Of a stretch of 64,000 nt of DNA, positions 39,625-49,607 are shown one piece after another. The position numbers were made by a program, and so were the translations under genes. Origin of the DNA: a virus; IMG/VR virus record IMGVR_UViG_3300009523_000001, positions 1 to 64,000 of that record; one strand, 5' to 3'. Under the pieces are notes generated by a model that was given only the letters and a program-made list of their open reading frames with translations, made no database searches and was not told the origin of the DNA. Position 1 is the stretch's first letter, and the number at the start of each line of letters is the position of its first letter.

Positions 39625-39989
39625 TCATCTCCTTCGAGGTCGGCAAACTCCTCTTCGATTTCAGCCCACGCTTCTTCGGCTTCGGCTAGGTCGTCGTACC
39701 ACTCGACCTCGACAATACCGTCCGATCGCTCGAAGAGGATGACCGCCAGACTCTCGTCGAGGAGTTCTTCCTCCTCCTTGGTGAGCCGGTCTTTGGCCTC
39801 GGCCGCATCCTCGAGAATGCGCTCGACCGTGTCTCGATCGAGCGCCATGAAGCCGTACCAGCCGCCCCCCTCGGGGTAGCTCTCTTCGTGGTCGGCGCCG
39901 AAGTCGATCGTCGCACCATGCACGTAGCTGTCGATGATCGTGCTGTACTTGCCGGGGCCGTACGATCGGATTCCTTCCGCTTTCGCCAT
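39621..39989 (-). CDS. Acidic hypothetical phage protein
   Basis: GPGKY...GWYG...SDGIVEVEWYD..AEAEEAW. Confidence 0.7.
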   Translation of the reverse strand: MAKAEGIRSYGPGKYSTIIDSYVHGATIDFGADHEESYPEGGGWYGFMALDRDTVERILEDAAEAKDRLTKEEEELLDESLAVILFERSDGIVEVEWYDDLAEAEEAWAEIEEEFADLEGDE

Positions 39990-39990
39990 C

Positions 39991-40395
39991 TCACGCCTCC
40001 CACTTGATCCACTTGGGATCGAATTTCGTCGGGAGCTGCGCGGTCGACACCCCGATCGAGATTAGGATTTTGCGCAGGTCGTTGTATTCTTCGGCCGCGA
40101 CCTCCTCGATGTACACCTTGCCGTCGCTTTCTACGCCCCAGAGACCGCCGCTCGTGAGCGTCTGGAGGACACCCTGGATGTCGACGTCGGTCTCCGCGCG
40201 CACACCGACGAATGAGAAGTCGCCGCGCTCGTACTGTTTCCGGCGGTCCTCGTCTTGGTCCTTGTACTCGGGGTCACCGCTGTCGAAGAACGATGTGTCC
40301 GGGTCCTCGTCGTGCATCACGCGCACACGAATCTCCTGCACCGTCGGTGCGGACTTCTTGCGCGTGGCTTCGACGACTCGCTTGCGCGACGTCAT
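39991..40395 (-). CDS. Hypothetical phage protein, first gene of the mosaic operon
   Basis: TAAGGAGG RBS; MTSRKRVVEATRKK; FVGVRAE...GLWGVESD. Confidence 0.75.
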   Translation of the reverse strand: MTSRKRVVEATRKKSAPTVQEIRVRVMHDEDPDTSFFDSGDPEYKDQDEDRRKQYERGDFSFVGVRAETDVDIQGVLQTLTSGGLWGVESDGKVYIEEVAAEEYNDLRKILISIGVSTAQLPTKFDPKWIKWEA

Positions 40396-40459
40396 TCGGG
40401 AACCTCCTTATCTTGTCGAGCCCATCCTCTCACGGCACCGAGGTGCGTGCAAGGGCGAC

Positions 40460-40502
40460 AAAAAACCAAGGCCGCCATGCTGGTCCAGCGCGGCGGCCTC
40501 GG
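40460..40502 (-). terminator. Rho-independent terminator
   Basis: Minus strand CCGAGGCCGCC...GGCGGCCTTGG hairpin followed by T6. Confidence 0.7.
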
Positions 40503-40575
40503 CCCCATCCAGGAGGTACCCGTTACATGCCCACGACCAGCGTACGCCTGTGCGCGGCCGTGGCAAGATTATTTC

Positions 40576-40953
40576 GTGAGCGTCCTCGTTTATCGCGCCG
40601 GCAGCCGGCTCGGCGATCTCGCGATCGACGAGTGCACGATCCGCAGCGTACGGGACGCGGAGGGCCGCGCGTGGTGGCAGCTCTGGGCGTACGTCCGCCG
40701 GGCGGACACCGGACAGCCGTTCTACGTGGGGGTGCCCGTCAACCCCCACGGCCCGTACCTGGACGTCGGCCCGAGCGGCCGGCATTCGTGGGGGTTGAAT
40801 CCCGTCTCGGAGCGCGATTGGCAAATCTCGCCGTCGATCGACGTGGTCGGCGACGAGCGGCCGGACGGGACACGCGAGCCGAGCCCCTGGCACGAGACGC
40901 CCACGATCGTGGGAGTACCGGACGGCGAACGGTGGATCACGGAGGCTCCGTGA
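40576..40953 (+). CDS. DUF6527-like protein (divergent)
   Basis: SWGL...WQISPSI...WH; start uncertain. Confidence 0.5.
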   Translation: MSVLVYRAGSRLGDLAIDECTIRSVRDAEGRAWWQLWAYVRRADTGQPFYVGVPVNPHGPYLDVGPSGRHSWGLNPVSERDWQISPSIDVVGDERPDGTREPSPWHETPTIVGVPDGERWITEAP

Positions 40954-40989
40954 AGCGGCGCCGCCGTCACGAACCAGGACAGGTTCTGC

Positions 40990-41019
40990 TTGCCAAATTG
41001 ACTGTGCCTGCGTCATAAT
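40990..41019 (+). promoter_or_regulatory. Sigma70-like promoter for the TA cluster
   Basis: TTGCCA-N18-CATAAT, 6 nt before ATG 41026. Confidence 0.55.
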
Positions 41020-41025
41020 TGCAGC

Positions 41026-41205
41026 ATGAGTGCTGAACTCACGCCACATCAGGAACGCGAAGTTGCAGTAGCTGCCGGTTGTGATCCTCGATCGGTGCGC
41101 GCGCATCTTGCGGGTCGACCGCAACGATCAACCATTGCCGCCCGCATCGCGACCGCGCTTGTTCAGTTAGGATACACTCAAGCAAAGAGGCGTTCGCGTG
41201 GCTGA
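41026..41205 (+). CDS. 59-aa LacI-like HTH protein; not in the ORF track
   Basis: EVAVAAGCDPRSVRAHLAG...IATALVQLGY. Confidence 0.6.
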   Translation: MSAELTPHQEREVAVAAGCDPRSVRAHLAGRPQRSTIAARIATALVQLGYTQAKRRSRG

Positions 41206-41467
41206 ATTGTCGCGCTTTTACGGCATCGTCGTCGCCATCTATTTCCGCGGCGAGATAGGCCGACACAATCGGCCACACGTGCACGTCACCTACAGCGGGG
41301 ATTCGGCGCAGGTGGCGCTCGACGGCGAGATTTTGGCTGGTTGGTTGCCGAAAACGGCACATCGCCTCGTCAAGCAGTGGCTACGGCTGCACGCGGACGA
41401 AGTGGAGACGGAATGGACGCACGCTCGGCAGGGACAACGGGTGCGTGGAATCGAGCCGCTGGAATGA
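41198..41467 (+). CDS. DUF4160 family toxin
   Basis: LSRFYGIVVAIYF...HNRPHVHV.Y...G.LP....LV..W..LH..E. Confidence 0.85.
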   Translation: MAELSRFYGIVVAIYFRGEIGRHNRPHVHVTYSGDSAQVALDGEILAGWLPKTAHRLVKQWLRLHADEVETEWTHARQGQRVRGIEPLE

Positions 41468-41721
41468 AGAAGGGCGTACTTCTTCGTTTGGCGGAAGTGA
41501 TCGGACCGACCGAGGTGCGACTCTTTTTTTCGGACGGCACCGTCGTAGAGCGCTCCTTGCCAGGTGTGAGCAAGCTCCGAAGCGTTCGCATCGTTGACGA
41601 CGGGCTCGGTCTCGATCCAGGAGACGGTAAAGGCGAGATGAGCGCTCACATGCTAAATCGCCCGTGCAAGGGGCGTCGCGTTTATCATGTTGGGGAAGCG
41701 AGAAGGCGTCCAGTCCGATGA
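41464..41721 (+). CDS. DUF2442-like antitoxin
   Basis: VRLFFSDGT; position directly after the DUF4160 gene. Confidence 0.6.
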   Translation: MKKGVLLRLAEVIGPTEVRLFFSDGTVVERSLPGVSKLRSVRIVDDGLGLDPGDGKGEMSAHMLNRPCKGRRVYHVGEARRRPVR

Positions 41722-41906
41722 TCCGCAAGCCTTGGCCGAAAGACAGAACGCTTCCGAACTTCGACTCGTACGAGGACGAGCTTGCGTTCTGGAACCGATA
41801 CTATGTTCCGTGGAATGATGATGCGTACTCGGAAGCCGTAGGCGGACCGCCAGCCGGTGTTCAGCCAGTGGAAGAGCAGTCGGTCATTCGACGCCGGAGG
41901 CCGTGA
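41718..41906 (+). CDS. CopG/BrnA-antitoxin-like N-terminal fragment
   Basis: LPNFDSYEDELAFWN. Confidence 0.5.
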   Translation: MIRKPWPKDRTLPNFDSYEDELAFWNRYYVPWNDDAYSEAVGGPPAGVQPVEEQSVIRRRRP

Positions 41907-42157
41907 TGCGGTCCAAGATCCGACGCCGTTACAACCTGCGGTCGTTGCGAATGGCGCTCGGCAAGACGCAGATCGACGTCTCGCGCGCAGCGAGGATGGC
42001 GCAGGGCGACGTGTCACTTCTCGAGTCGCGTCGGGATGTCAAGCTCTCAACGCTCGCGCGCTACGCCGCTGCCATCGGTGGCGCTACCGAGGTAGCGGTT
42101 GTTATCGATGGTCGACGCTACCTGCTCGACTTGTTCGACGGAGGCGCCAGAACATGA
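41903..42157 (+). CDS. XRE-family HTH protein (antitoxin-like)
   Basis: LRSLRMALGKTQ...VSLLESRRDVKLSTLARYAAAIGG. Confidence 0.8.
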   Translation: MMRSKIRRRYNLRSLRMALGKTQIDVSRAARMAQGDVSLLESRRDVKLSTLARYAAAIGGATEVAVVIDGRRYLLDLFDGGART

Positions 42158-42363
42158 GTCGCGTTCCATCTCGCGAGGAGTTGTCGCGGGTGTTGGTGAT
42201 GTACGGCGCGTTCGCTTCAAGCGGTCGGATCATGGACGAAGACGATGATCAGGCAACTCTCGAGCACCTCCAGCGGCTGCGCGCTAAGCTCGACGACGAG
42301 CGCGGAGAAGCGATCGAGCGGGTGATCCGTGGGCTGCGCAGTCTGATGACTACGGCTTCCTGA
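42154..42363 (+). CDS. Hypothetical protein
   Basis: GGAGG RBS; ATGA overlap. Confidence 0.5.
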   Translation: MSRVPSREELSRVLVMYGAFASSGRIMDEDDDQATLEHLQRLRAKLDDERGEAIERVIRGLRSLMTTAS

Positions 42364-42506
42364 GTGCCCGCCGTGTGCGGAACGCGTGACGCATGGCCCA
42401 CTCGAACACGGCGACGAGGTCCGCCGCCTCGTCCTCGGTAAACGTGACATGGTGTCGATTCTTCCGTCGATCATGCCGAGGCGCTGGCGTGAGCTAATCT
42501 GACAGG

Positions 42507-42773
42507 GTGGAGTGCACGAAGGACCCGATCGAGGGCTGCGGATCCGGGGTCCGGGTCGAACGCCGCTACCTCGACGGAGTTCTCGAGGGCATCGCCTGGT
42601 GGCACCTCTGCCACGGGGTCGAGTGCGAGGACTTCATGGGCACAGAGCCCCCGTGGCAGGACGGGTGGGTCGTAGAGCAGGTCCACCCGCTCACGCTGTC
42701 GCCCTCGATCCTCTGCCGTGCCTGCCAATTCCACGGGCACATCCGCGAAGGGAAGTGGATCCCGGTATCATGA
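42507..42773 (+). CDS. DUF6527 family protein
   Basis: W...PLTLSPSILCRACQFHGHIREGKW. Confidence 0.7.
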   Translation: MECTKDPIEGCGSGVRVERRYLDGVLEGIAWWHLCHGVECEDFMGTEPPWQDGWVVEQVHPLTLSPSILCRACQFHGHIREGKWIPVS

Positions 42774-43291
42774 GCACCGATCCGAGCGCCCGCGATTTCG
42801 ACGTCCCAATTCGATTCCTCGTCGAGACGATCGACAAGCATCCGTGCCCGTACCCCGACTGCACGATCGCGGGCTGCACCACGAGCATCCCGACGTACCG
42901 AACGCTGGACGGTACGGTGGTCGACAAAGTCCCGGGCGATGTTTTCTTCCATCGCGCGCACGCGCTCGACGAAGCCGAGGGGGCATGCGCCTGGACCCAC
43001 TGCGACGGACAGCACCTCTTCGTCGTGACCCCTGCGAAGGACGAGTGGGGGATCGGCACACCGGAGTACGGCTGGCTATGGCACATCTGGAATCTCGACG
43101 CACGCGCGGCAAATTGTACCCTGCCGGCCGACACCCTGCATCGGTGCTGGTGCCGGAGCGGGGACCCGCGGGTCCCCGGATCACTGCACGTGGCCAAGGA
43201 CCCCGGACCGACGTGCAGCGCGGGCGGCGGTTCGTTCGGCCACCCCCAGTGGCACGGGGTGCTGCACCAGGGACGGCTCAGGACCGCGTGA
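42770..43291 (+). CDS. Cys/His-rich DUF6527-related protein
   Basis: WNLD.RA.NC...HRCW.R.G...TC.AG.GS...WHG.L..G.L. Confidence 0.55.
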   Translation: MSTDPSARDFDVPIRFLVETIDKHPCPYPDCTIAGCTTSIPTYRTLDGTVVDKVPGDVFFHRAHALDEAEGACAWTHCDGQHLFVVTPAKDEWGIGTPEYGWLWHIWNLDARAANCTLPADTLHRCWCRSGDPRVPGSLHVAKDPGPTCSAGGGSFGHPQWHGVLHQGRLRTA

Positions 43292-43523
43292 TGGAACGGT
43301 TGTCGCGGGGACGCAGGCGGCCGGCCAAGGACCGTAGAGGAAACGCAGCCCCAGCCTACGCTCCATCCGGTCGATTTGAAGTGCGCGCACCGCCTACCGT
43401 GCCTCGGGAGAAAGGACCCTCGAGCCCGAATTGGATCGAGGGAGGAAGCCCGAGGGTTCGAGGCGGCGCGCGCGCGACGAAGCGTAGCCGGTCAAGGGTC
43501 TCTTGGGATACCGTAAGGTCTCC

Positions 43524-43703
43524 ATGCGAACACTCATTTGCCGCCGCTGCCACCGGCTCCGCCTTGTCAATGCGACACGCACGTGCGCGGCGTGCGAGAA
43601 GGATCTTCGAGCGCAGGAGCGGCCGCGCGCGGCGGCGGCGCCAGCGCAAGTCGATGGCCCTGCGCCGCCCGGCACCGGGGTCGAGGACGCGACGCACGAC
43701 TAG
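43524..43703 (+). CDS. Small zinc-ribbon protein
   Basis: CRRC...CAAC. Confidence 0.45.
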   Translation: MRTLICRRCHRLRLVNATRTCAACEKDLRAQERPRAAAAPAQVDGPAPPGTGVEDATHD

Positions 43704-44260
43704 CGCGTCGCCGCGTCTTCGAAGAAATAAGCTGTCAGGTCCACGTCCACCCAGCGAAACCCGTGGTCGGTCATGTCCTTCTCCATTTGGGACCGAGACC
43801 ACCCGAACATCTTTCTGCCCTCGAGCGCGCTGACGAGGCCCGTCCGATCGCGGCCGTGCGAGCAGTGGAAAGCGACCACGTAGCCTTGCGTCCATGCGTA
43901 GTGGATGACTTGCACTGCGCCCATGACCTGCTCTACGGACGGTTTGATCAGGACGGACCACGGTTTGTCGTCCTCGGGCGGCATCGGGAATTTGAGAACC
44001 TTCCAGCCGAGCGTGGTGGCAGGATCGTCGGATCCCTCCTCGTCGTCGTTGAGCTTGACGATGACGACCCGCTCGCCGCTCGGGGCGATGCGCGCCGCGA
44101 GCTCCTTCCATGCCGCCTCGTTCGGTGGTTGGCCCATCCGCCACATGCGTGGGGCGAAGGAGACGAGGTTCGGGGTGCCTGCCGGCGTCACGGTCTCGTG
44201 AAACCCGAATCCACATCCGAAGAGGGCCAGGACGGACAGCACGAACCGGGGCAGCTTCAT
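43700..44260 (-). CDS. Tyrosine/dual-specificity phosphatase with lipoprotein signal
   Basis: HCSHGRDRTG (CX5R); N-terminal MKLPRFVLSVLALFGC. Confidence 0.85.
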   Translation of the reverse strand: MKLPRFVLSVLALFGCGFGFHETVTPAGTPNLVSFAPRMWRMGQPPNEAAWKELAARIAPSGERVVIVKLNDDEEGSDDPATTLGWKVLKFPMPPEDDKPWSVLIKPSVEQVMGAVQVIHYAWTQGYVVAFHCSHGRDRTGLVSALEGRKMFGWSRSQMEKDMTDHGFRWVDVDLTAYFFEDAATR

Positions 44261-44312
44261 GGGGTGCACTCCGCGAGGGCGGCCAGCAGCCAGGCCAGCA
44301 ACCGGAGGGGGT

Positions 44313-44720
44313 TCACGGCCTGCCCTCGACCATCGCACGGAAGTAAGGGTTCGTCAGGCCATCGCGGAGTTCTCGGATGCGGCGGACGGCGCGGTCCCGC
44401 GGCACCCCGAGCTCGACGAGCGCCAGGCCCGCAATGACCCCGGAACGGTTGCGGCCCTGCCAGCAAGTAACGATCACGCGATGTCCGATCCGCACATGGT
44501 CCGCCACCGTTCGCGCGGCGCTCCGGATGCGCAGGCGAGTCACCTTGTCCGGCGGGGGCCCATCGTCGAGCGGCACGTGCAGCACGCGGTAGCCGGGCAG
44601 ATCCGGCTGGTATTCCTCGGCCGCGAGCACGACGACGTCGAAGGGGATGCGTGCGCGAGGAGGCGGGGCGCTCCCCTGCGCGAGCCGGCCGCCGGAGAGG
44701 AGGTAGTGGTAGCCGCTCAT
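44313..44720 (-). CDS. Dual-specificity phosphatase (cytoplasmic)
   Basis: PLDD; VTCWQGRNRSG (CX5R). Confidence 0.85.
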   Translation of the reverse strand: MSGYHYLLSGGRLAQGSAPPPRARIPFDVVVLAAEEYQPDLPGYRVLHVPLDDGPPPDKVTRLRIRSAARTVADHVRIGHRVIVTCWQGRNRSGVIAGLALVELGVPRDRAVRRIRELRDGLTNPYFRAMVEGRP

Positions 44721-44740
44721 TCGGGAACTTTACCACCTCT

Positions 44741-46072
44741 TCAAGAATCGGCGTAGAAGACGCAGTTGTTCGGCGCCTCGAAGAGCAGCACCCAGTCGTT
44801 GTCACCAGCGGCGTTGGTGCCTGGAGTGGCGGCGAACGTGTGGCTGCCCGACGTCCCGAGTGTTCCGTTGACGGCCGATTGCACGCTACCGCTTGTGGGG
44901 TCCATCCAAAAGGCGCCGACGCGACGAGTGAACCCGGATAGGGCAACGGTCAACGATTCATTGGTGGGCACGTAGATGGCGCCCCATGAGCCGTCGGAGG
45001 CTTGCGCAGCGCTCGCGAAAGCGGCCCCGCTGTAGCTGCCGCCGTTGGTCAAGAAGGTGAATCCTGTATCGGGCACGAGGAGCCACCAGGCACGCGAAGC
45101 CATGAGGTTGTTGACGACGTTGCTGCCAAGGGCGCCTGTTGTTCCGAGCAACGTCGGCCAGCTCGTGAGAAACTCCCAGAGCGGCTTTGGGGCCACGGAA
45201 CCGCCGCTACCAAAGGTGTATCCCATTCCTCCGTTGAGTAGCGACTCCCAATTTTCCTGACGAATAAGCTGTTCGGTGCCGGAGTTATCGAACTCGTAGC
45301 AGCTTTCGATCATGAACGACGGTCGTGATTGACCGGTATACGACGACTGCATGTTCGTGTGGATCCACGGATGCCCATTTTGGACATCTGTGTACACACT
45401 GTCTACCGTGAGCCAGGATTGGCCACCCCACTCTGTGCTCGCGTTGGTACCGTCTGCGCAGTGGGCCGTCATCAGATGAGTCGAATCGGCCGCGACGATC
45501 GCGGTCGCTATGGCGATCGTCGAGCTCGTGTCGGCTGGATTATAATCACCGCCCATAACGTAAATAATGTTTGGAAAGCTCGTGTATCTTGACCCGAAGA
45601 AGTTGCCATAGGCTGTTCGTTTAGCACCGCTGTTCGCCTGGAGATCAGTGTACCAGCCTTGGTTACCCCCGTTGAACCCGAGGTATGCTGGGAATAGAAG
45701 TACCATCATTCCGTAGGTCGCGCATGTGTTGATTGCCAAGTCCCACTGATCGAAATAGGCTGTATTCCATGTGGAGAAATCGGCCAATTGGGATCGATTG
45801 GTGTACGTGCTCCCGTCGGTGGCTTTCAAAAACGGCTGATCTCCGTTGAGGTTGGCCGCCGTACTCCCGTCCGGTCCAACGGGCGCCATATACAGCAACG
45901 TGGTGTTGAACCCCCGAGCGATCCGATCCTGCACGTACTGTGTGATGCCGGAGCTATTTAGTGAAATGCCGATGTTCCAACCGGAGTCTCCACGCATCTG
46001 AAACGGTACTCCGAATTGATCGACAAGATACCGTTTTCCAGTAGGGATGACGAGTGGAAATCTGCTTGCCAT
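44741..46072 (-). CDS. GH140/apiosidase-like (DUF4038) glycoside hydrolase with C-terminal collagen-binding-like domain; probable virion receptor-binding enzyme
   Basis: RYLVD..G.PF...GD..W, RGFN, PNIIY.MGGD, IES.YE, W.DP..G, DWVLL; lower GC than flanks. Confidence 0.75.
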   Translation of the reverse strand: MASRFPLVIPTGKRYLVDQFGVPFQMRGDSGWNIGISLNSSGITQYVQDRIARGFNTTLLYMAPVGPDGSTAANLNGDQPFLKATDGSTYTNRSQLADFSTWNTAYFDQWDLAINTCATYGMMVLLFPAYLGFNGGNQGWYTDLQANSGAKRTAYGNFFGSRYTSFPNIIYVMGGDYNPADTSSTIAIATAIVAADSTHLMTAHCADGTNASTEWGGQSWLTVDSVYTDVQNGHPWIHTNMQSSYTGQSRPSFMIESCYEFDNSGTEQLIRQENWESLLNGGMGYTFGSGGSVAPKPLWEFLTSWPTLLGTTGALGSNVVNNLMASRAWWLLVPDTGFTFLTNGGSYSGAAFASAAQASDGSWGAIYVPTNESLTVALSGFTRRVGAFWMDPTSGSVQSAVNGTLGTSGSHTFAATPGTNAAGDNDWVLLFEAPNNCVFYADS

Positions 46073-46755
46073 TAGTCGCTACCAAAGAAAATACAATTCG
46101 CGGCTGACGATTGTAGGGCCAACGCCACCATCGCCCAGATGTCCGATGTGTTTTGAGACATCGTCACGGCTTGGGATCCGACGGCAGCTCCTGCCTTGGT
46201 AGCTAGGAATGCACCATTGTTATCGATCCCTGCGCCAGGCACCTTTTGGGTATATCCTGCCTCAGCGGCCGTGATGTGCGATCCGACGATACCTGTCTCA
46301 ATAATCAAGTCGTTACTGGCTACCGGCACGACTGTGGCGCTCATCCCTTGCGCCGTTCCTCCCGACGCAGCCCCGCCAAACCCTACAGCATCGAATATTG
46401 CCGATGTCGTTTCGACGATCCACAGATCAGGGAAGTCGCCGCCGCCAGTGCCCCAGTTGACAGTCACCGTATTGGCGCCGGCCTTTATGTTGGAGGCCAG
46501 GTAGGCGTGTATCGAGCACCCTGACGCCACGTTTACGAAAGTACCAACCAGTGAGTATTTGTTGCTGGCACCCCCGCCGGGTGCGTCACTCACTGAGGTG
46601 TTGGTAAGGTTCGCTCGCGTGTCGAATGATGTGACAATAACCGCGATTGCATTGCCAGTGACGTTGTTGGATCCGAACGCTTGCGCAAGCGTAGCAACTC
46701 CAGTTCCGGCGCCGTCGCTGTTGACCGCCCCCTGAACGAATGTGGGTCCAGCCAC
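46072..46755 (-). CDS. Probable virion fibre/decoration protein (beta-rich, G/A/S/T-rich)
   Basis: FVQ...GNAIAV.V...GANTVTV pattern; structural-gene context. Confidence 0.6.
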   Translation of the reverse strand: MAGPTFVQGAVNSDGAGTGVATLAQAFGSNNVTGNAIAVIVTSFDTRANLTNTSVSDAPGGGASNKYSLVGTFVNVASGCSIHAYLASNIKAGANTVTVNWGTGGGDFPDLWIVETTSAIFDAVGFGGAASGGTAQGMSATVVPVASNDLIIETGIVGSHITAAEAGYTQKVPGAGIDNNGAFLATKAGAAVGSQAVTMSQNTSDIWAMVALALQSSAANCIFFGSD

Positions 46756-46758
46756 GAT

Positions 46759-47133
46759 CTATCCGAAGTTGGGGCTTAGGATTCCCCAGTAATTCGTCCC
46801 GTCCCACTTGAAGGTGATGATGTCCACAGCGGCCGCTGTGCTCGTCAGCGTCGGCGCCGCGCTTCCGGTCCACTTGACCGTGCCCGGCCACGTCGCCGTG
46901 AATCCACCGTTCTGGGTGAGGTAGATCGTCAAGTTCTCGTTGGTGACAGGGCCGATGGGGGCGGTGAATACGAACGTGCACGTAGCACTAAGGGTGATCT
47001 TGTGGGTCGCCCCCTTCGTCCAGTCGACTGTGAAGTTCGCACCCGAGTTCCCGTCGGCGACGGGAGCTGCTTGCCCGACGGCCAACGCGTTGGCGAGCGT
47101 GGCGTTGACGATGGGGGTAGCGGGAGCGGCCAT
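46759..47133 (-). CDS. Tail-fibre-like domain protein
   Basis: VDWTKG...WPGTVKW.G..APTLTST..AVDII.F..DGTNYWG. Confidence 0.7.
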   Translation of the reverse strand: MAAPATPIVNATLANALAVGQAAPVADGNSGANFTVDWTKGATHKITLSATCTFVFTAPIGPVTNENLTIYLTQNGGFTATWPGTVKWTGSAAPTLTSTAAAVDIITFKWDGTNYWGILSPNFG

Positions 47134-47137
47134 ATTT

Positions 47138-49308
<2,171 letters not shown>

Positions 49309-49364
49309 GTCGTCGCAGTGCGCGAGATGGGCATACCGCGGGATGCCCAGCGGAGGCCGCTAAC

Positions 49365-49511
49365 TCATGGAATCGGCGGCTGTGTTCGCGATGCAGCCTT
49401 CGCGAGCCGCTCAAGCTGCGCTTCGTCGAGCGTGGCTCGGAGGGCGACTGCGCGGGGATTGGTTTCGTCCAACGGCTGCATGCGCGGCGGGATGTACGGT
49501 CGGCGGATCAT
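49365..49511 (-). CDS. Possible 48-aa peptide
   Basis: GGAAGAG before ATG; MIRRPYIPPRMQPL... Confidence 0.3.
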   Translation of the reverse strand: MIRRPYIPPRMQPLDETNPRAVALRATLDEAQLERLAKAASRTQPPIP

Positions 49512-49567
49512 GGCAGTCTCTTCCACGGAGGAGAACGTACCACCGGTCGCCGGCGGCGGGGTAGCGG

Positions 49568-49597
49568 TTGCGCGCCTCACGGCCGCTCAGGTAGTCT
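49568..49597 (+). promoter_or_regulatory. Promoter for tmRNA
   Basis: TTGCGC-N18-TAGTCT, 10 nt upstream of the mature 5' end. Confidence 0.6.
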
Positions 49598-49607
49598 TCT
49601 CCCATTC

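Noticed and set aside
41464-41721. VGEARRRP at the C-terminus as another cargo-type cleavage tag
   Set aside because: Single occurrence outside the operon in a TA-type gene; could be chance in a GC-rich genome
40393-44728. Shared 11-mer CATTCGGGAAC at the starts of genes 40395 and 44720
   Set aside because: Only two short copies with different upstream context; insufficient to call a regulatory motif
49365-49511. Lasso/RiPP precursor (YIPPRM resembles the YxxPxL leader)
   Set aside because: No cyclase, RRE or radical SAM gene in the window and no plausible core peptide
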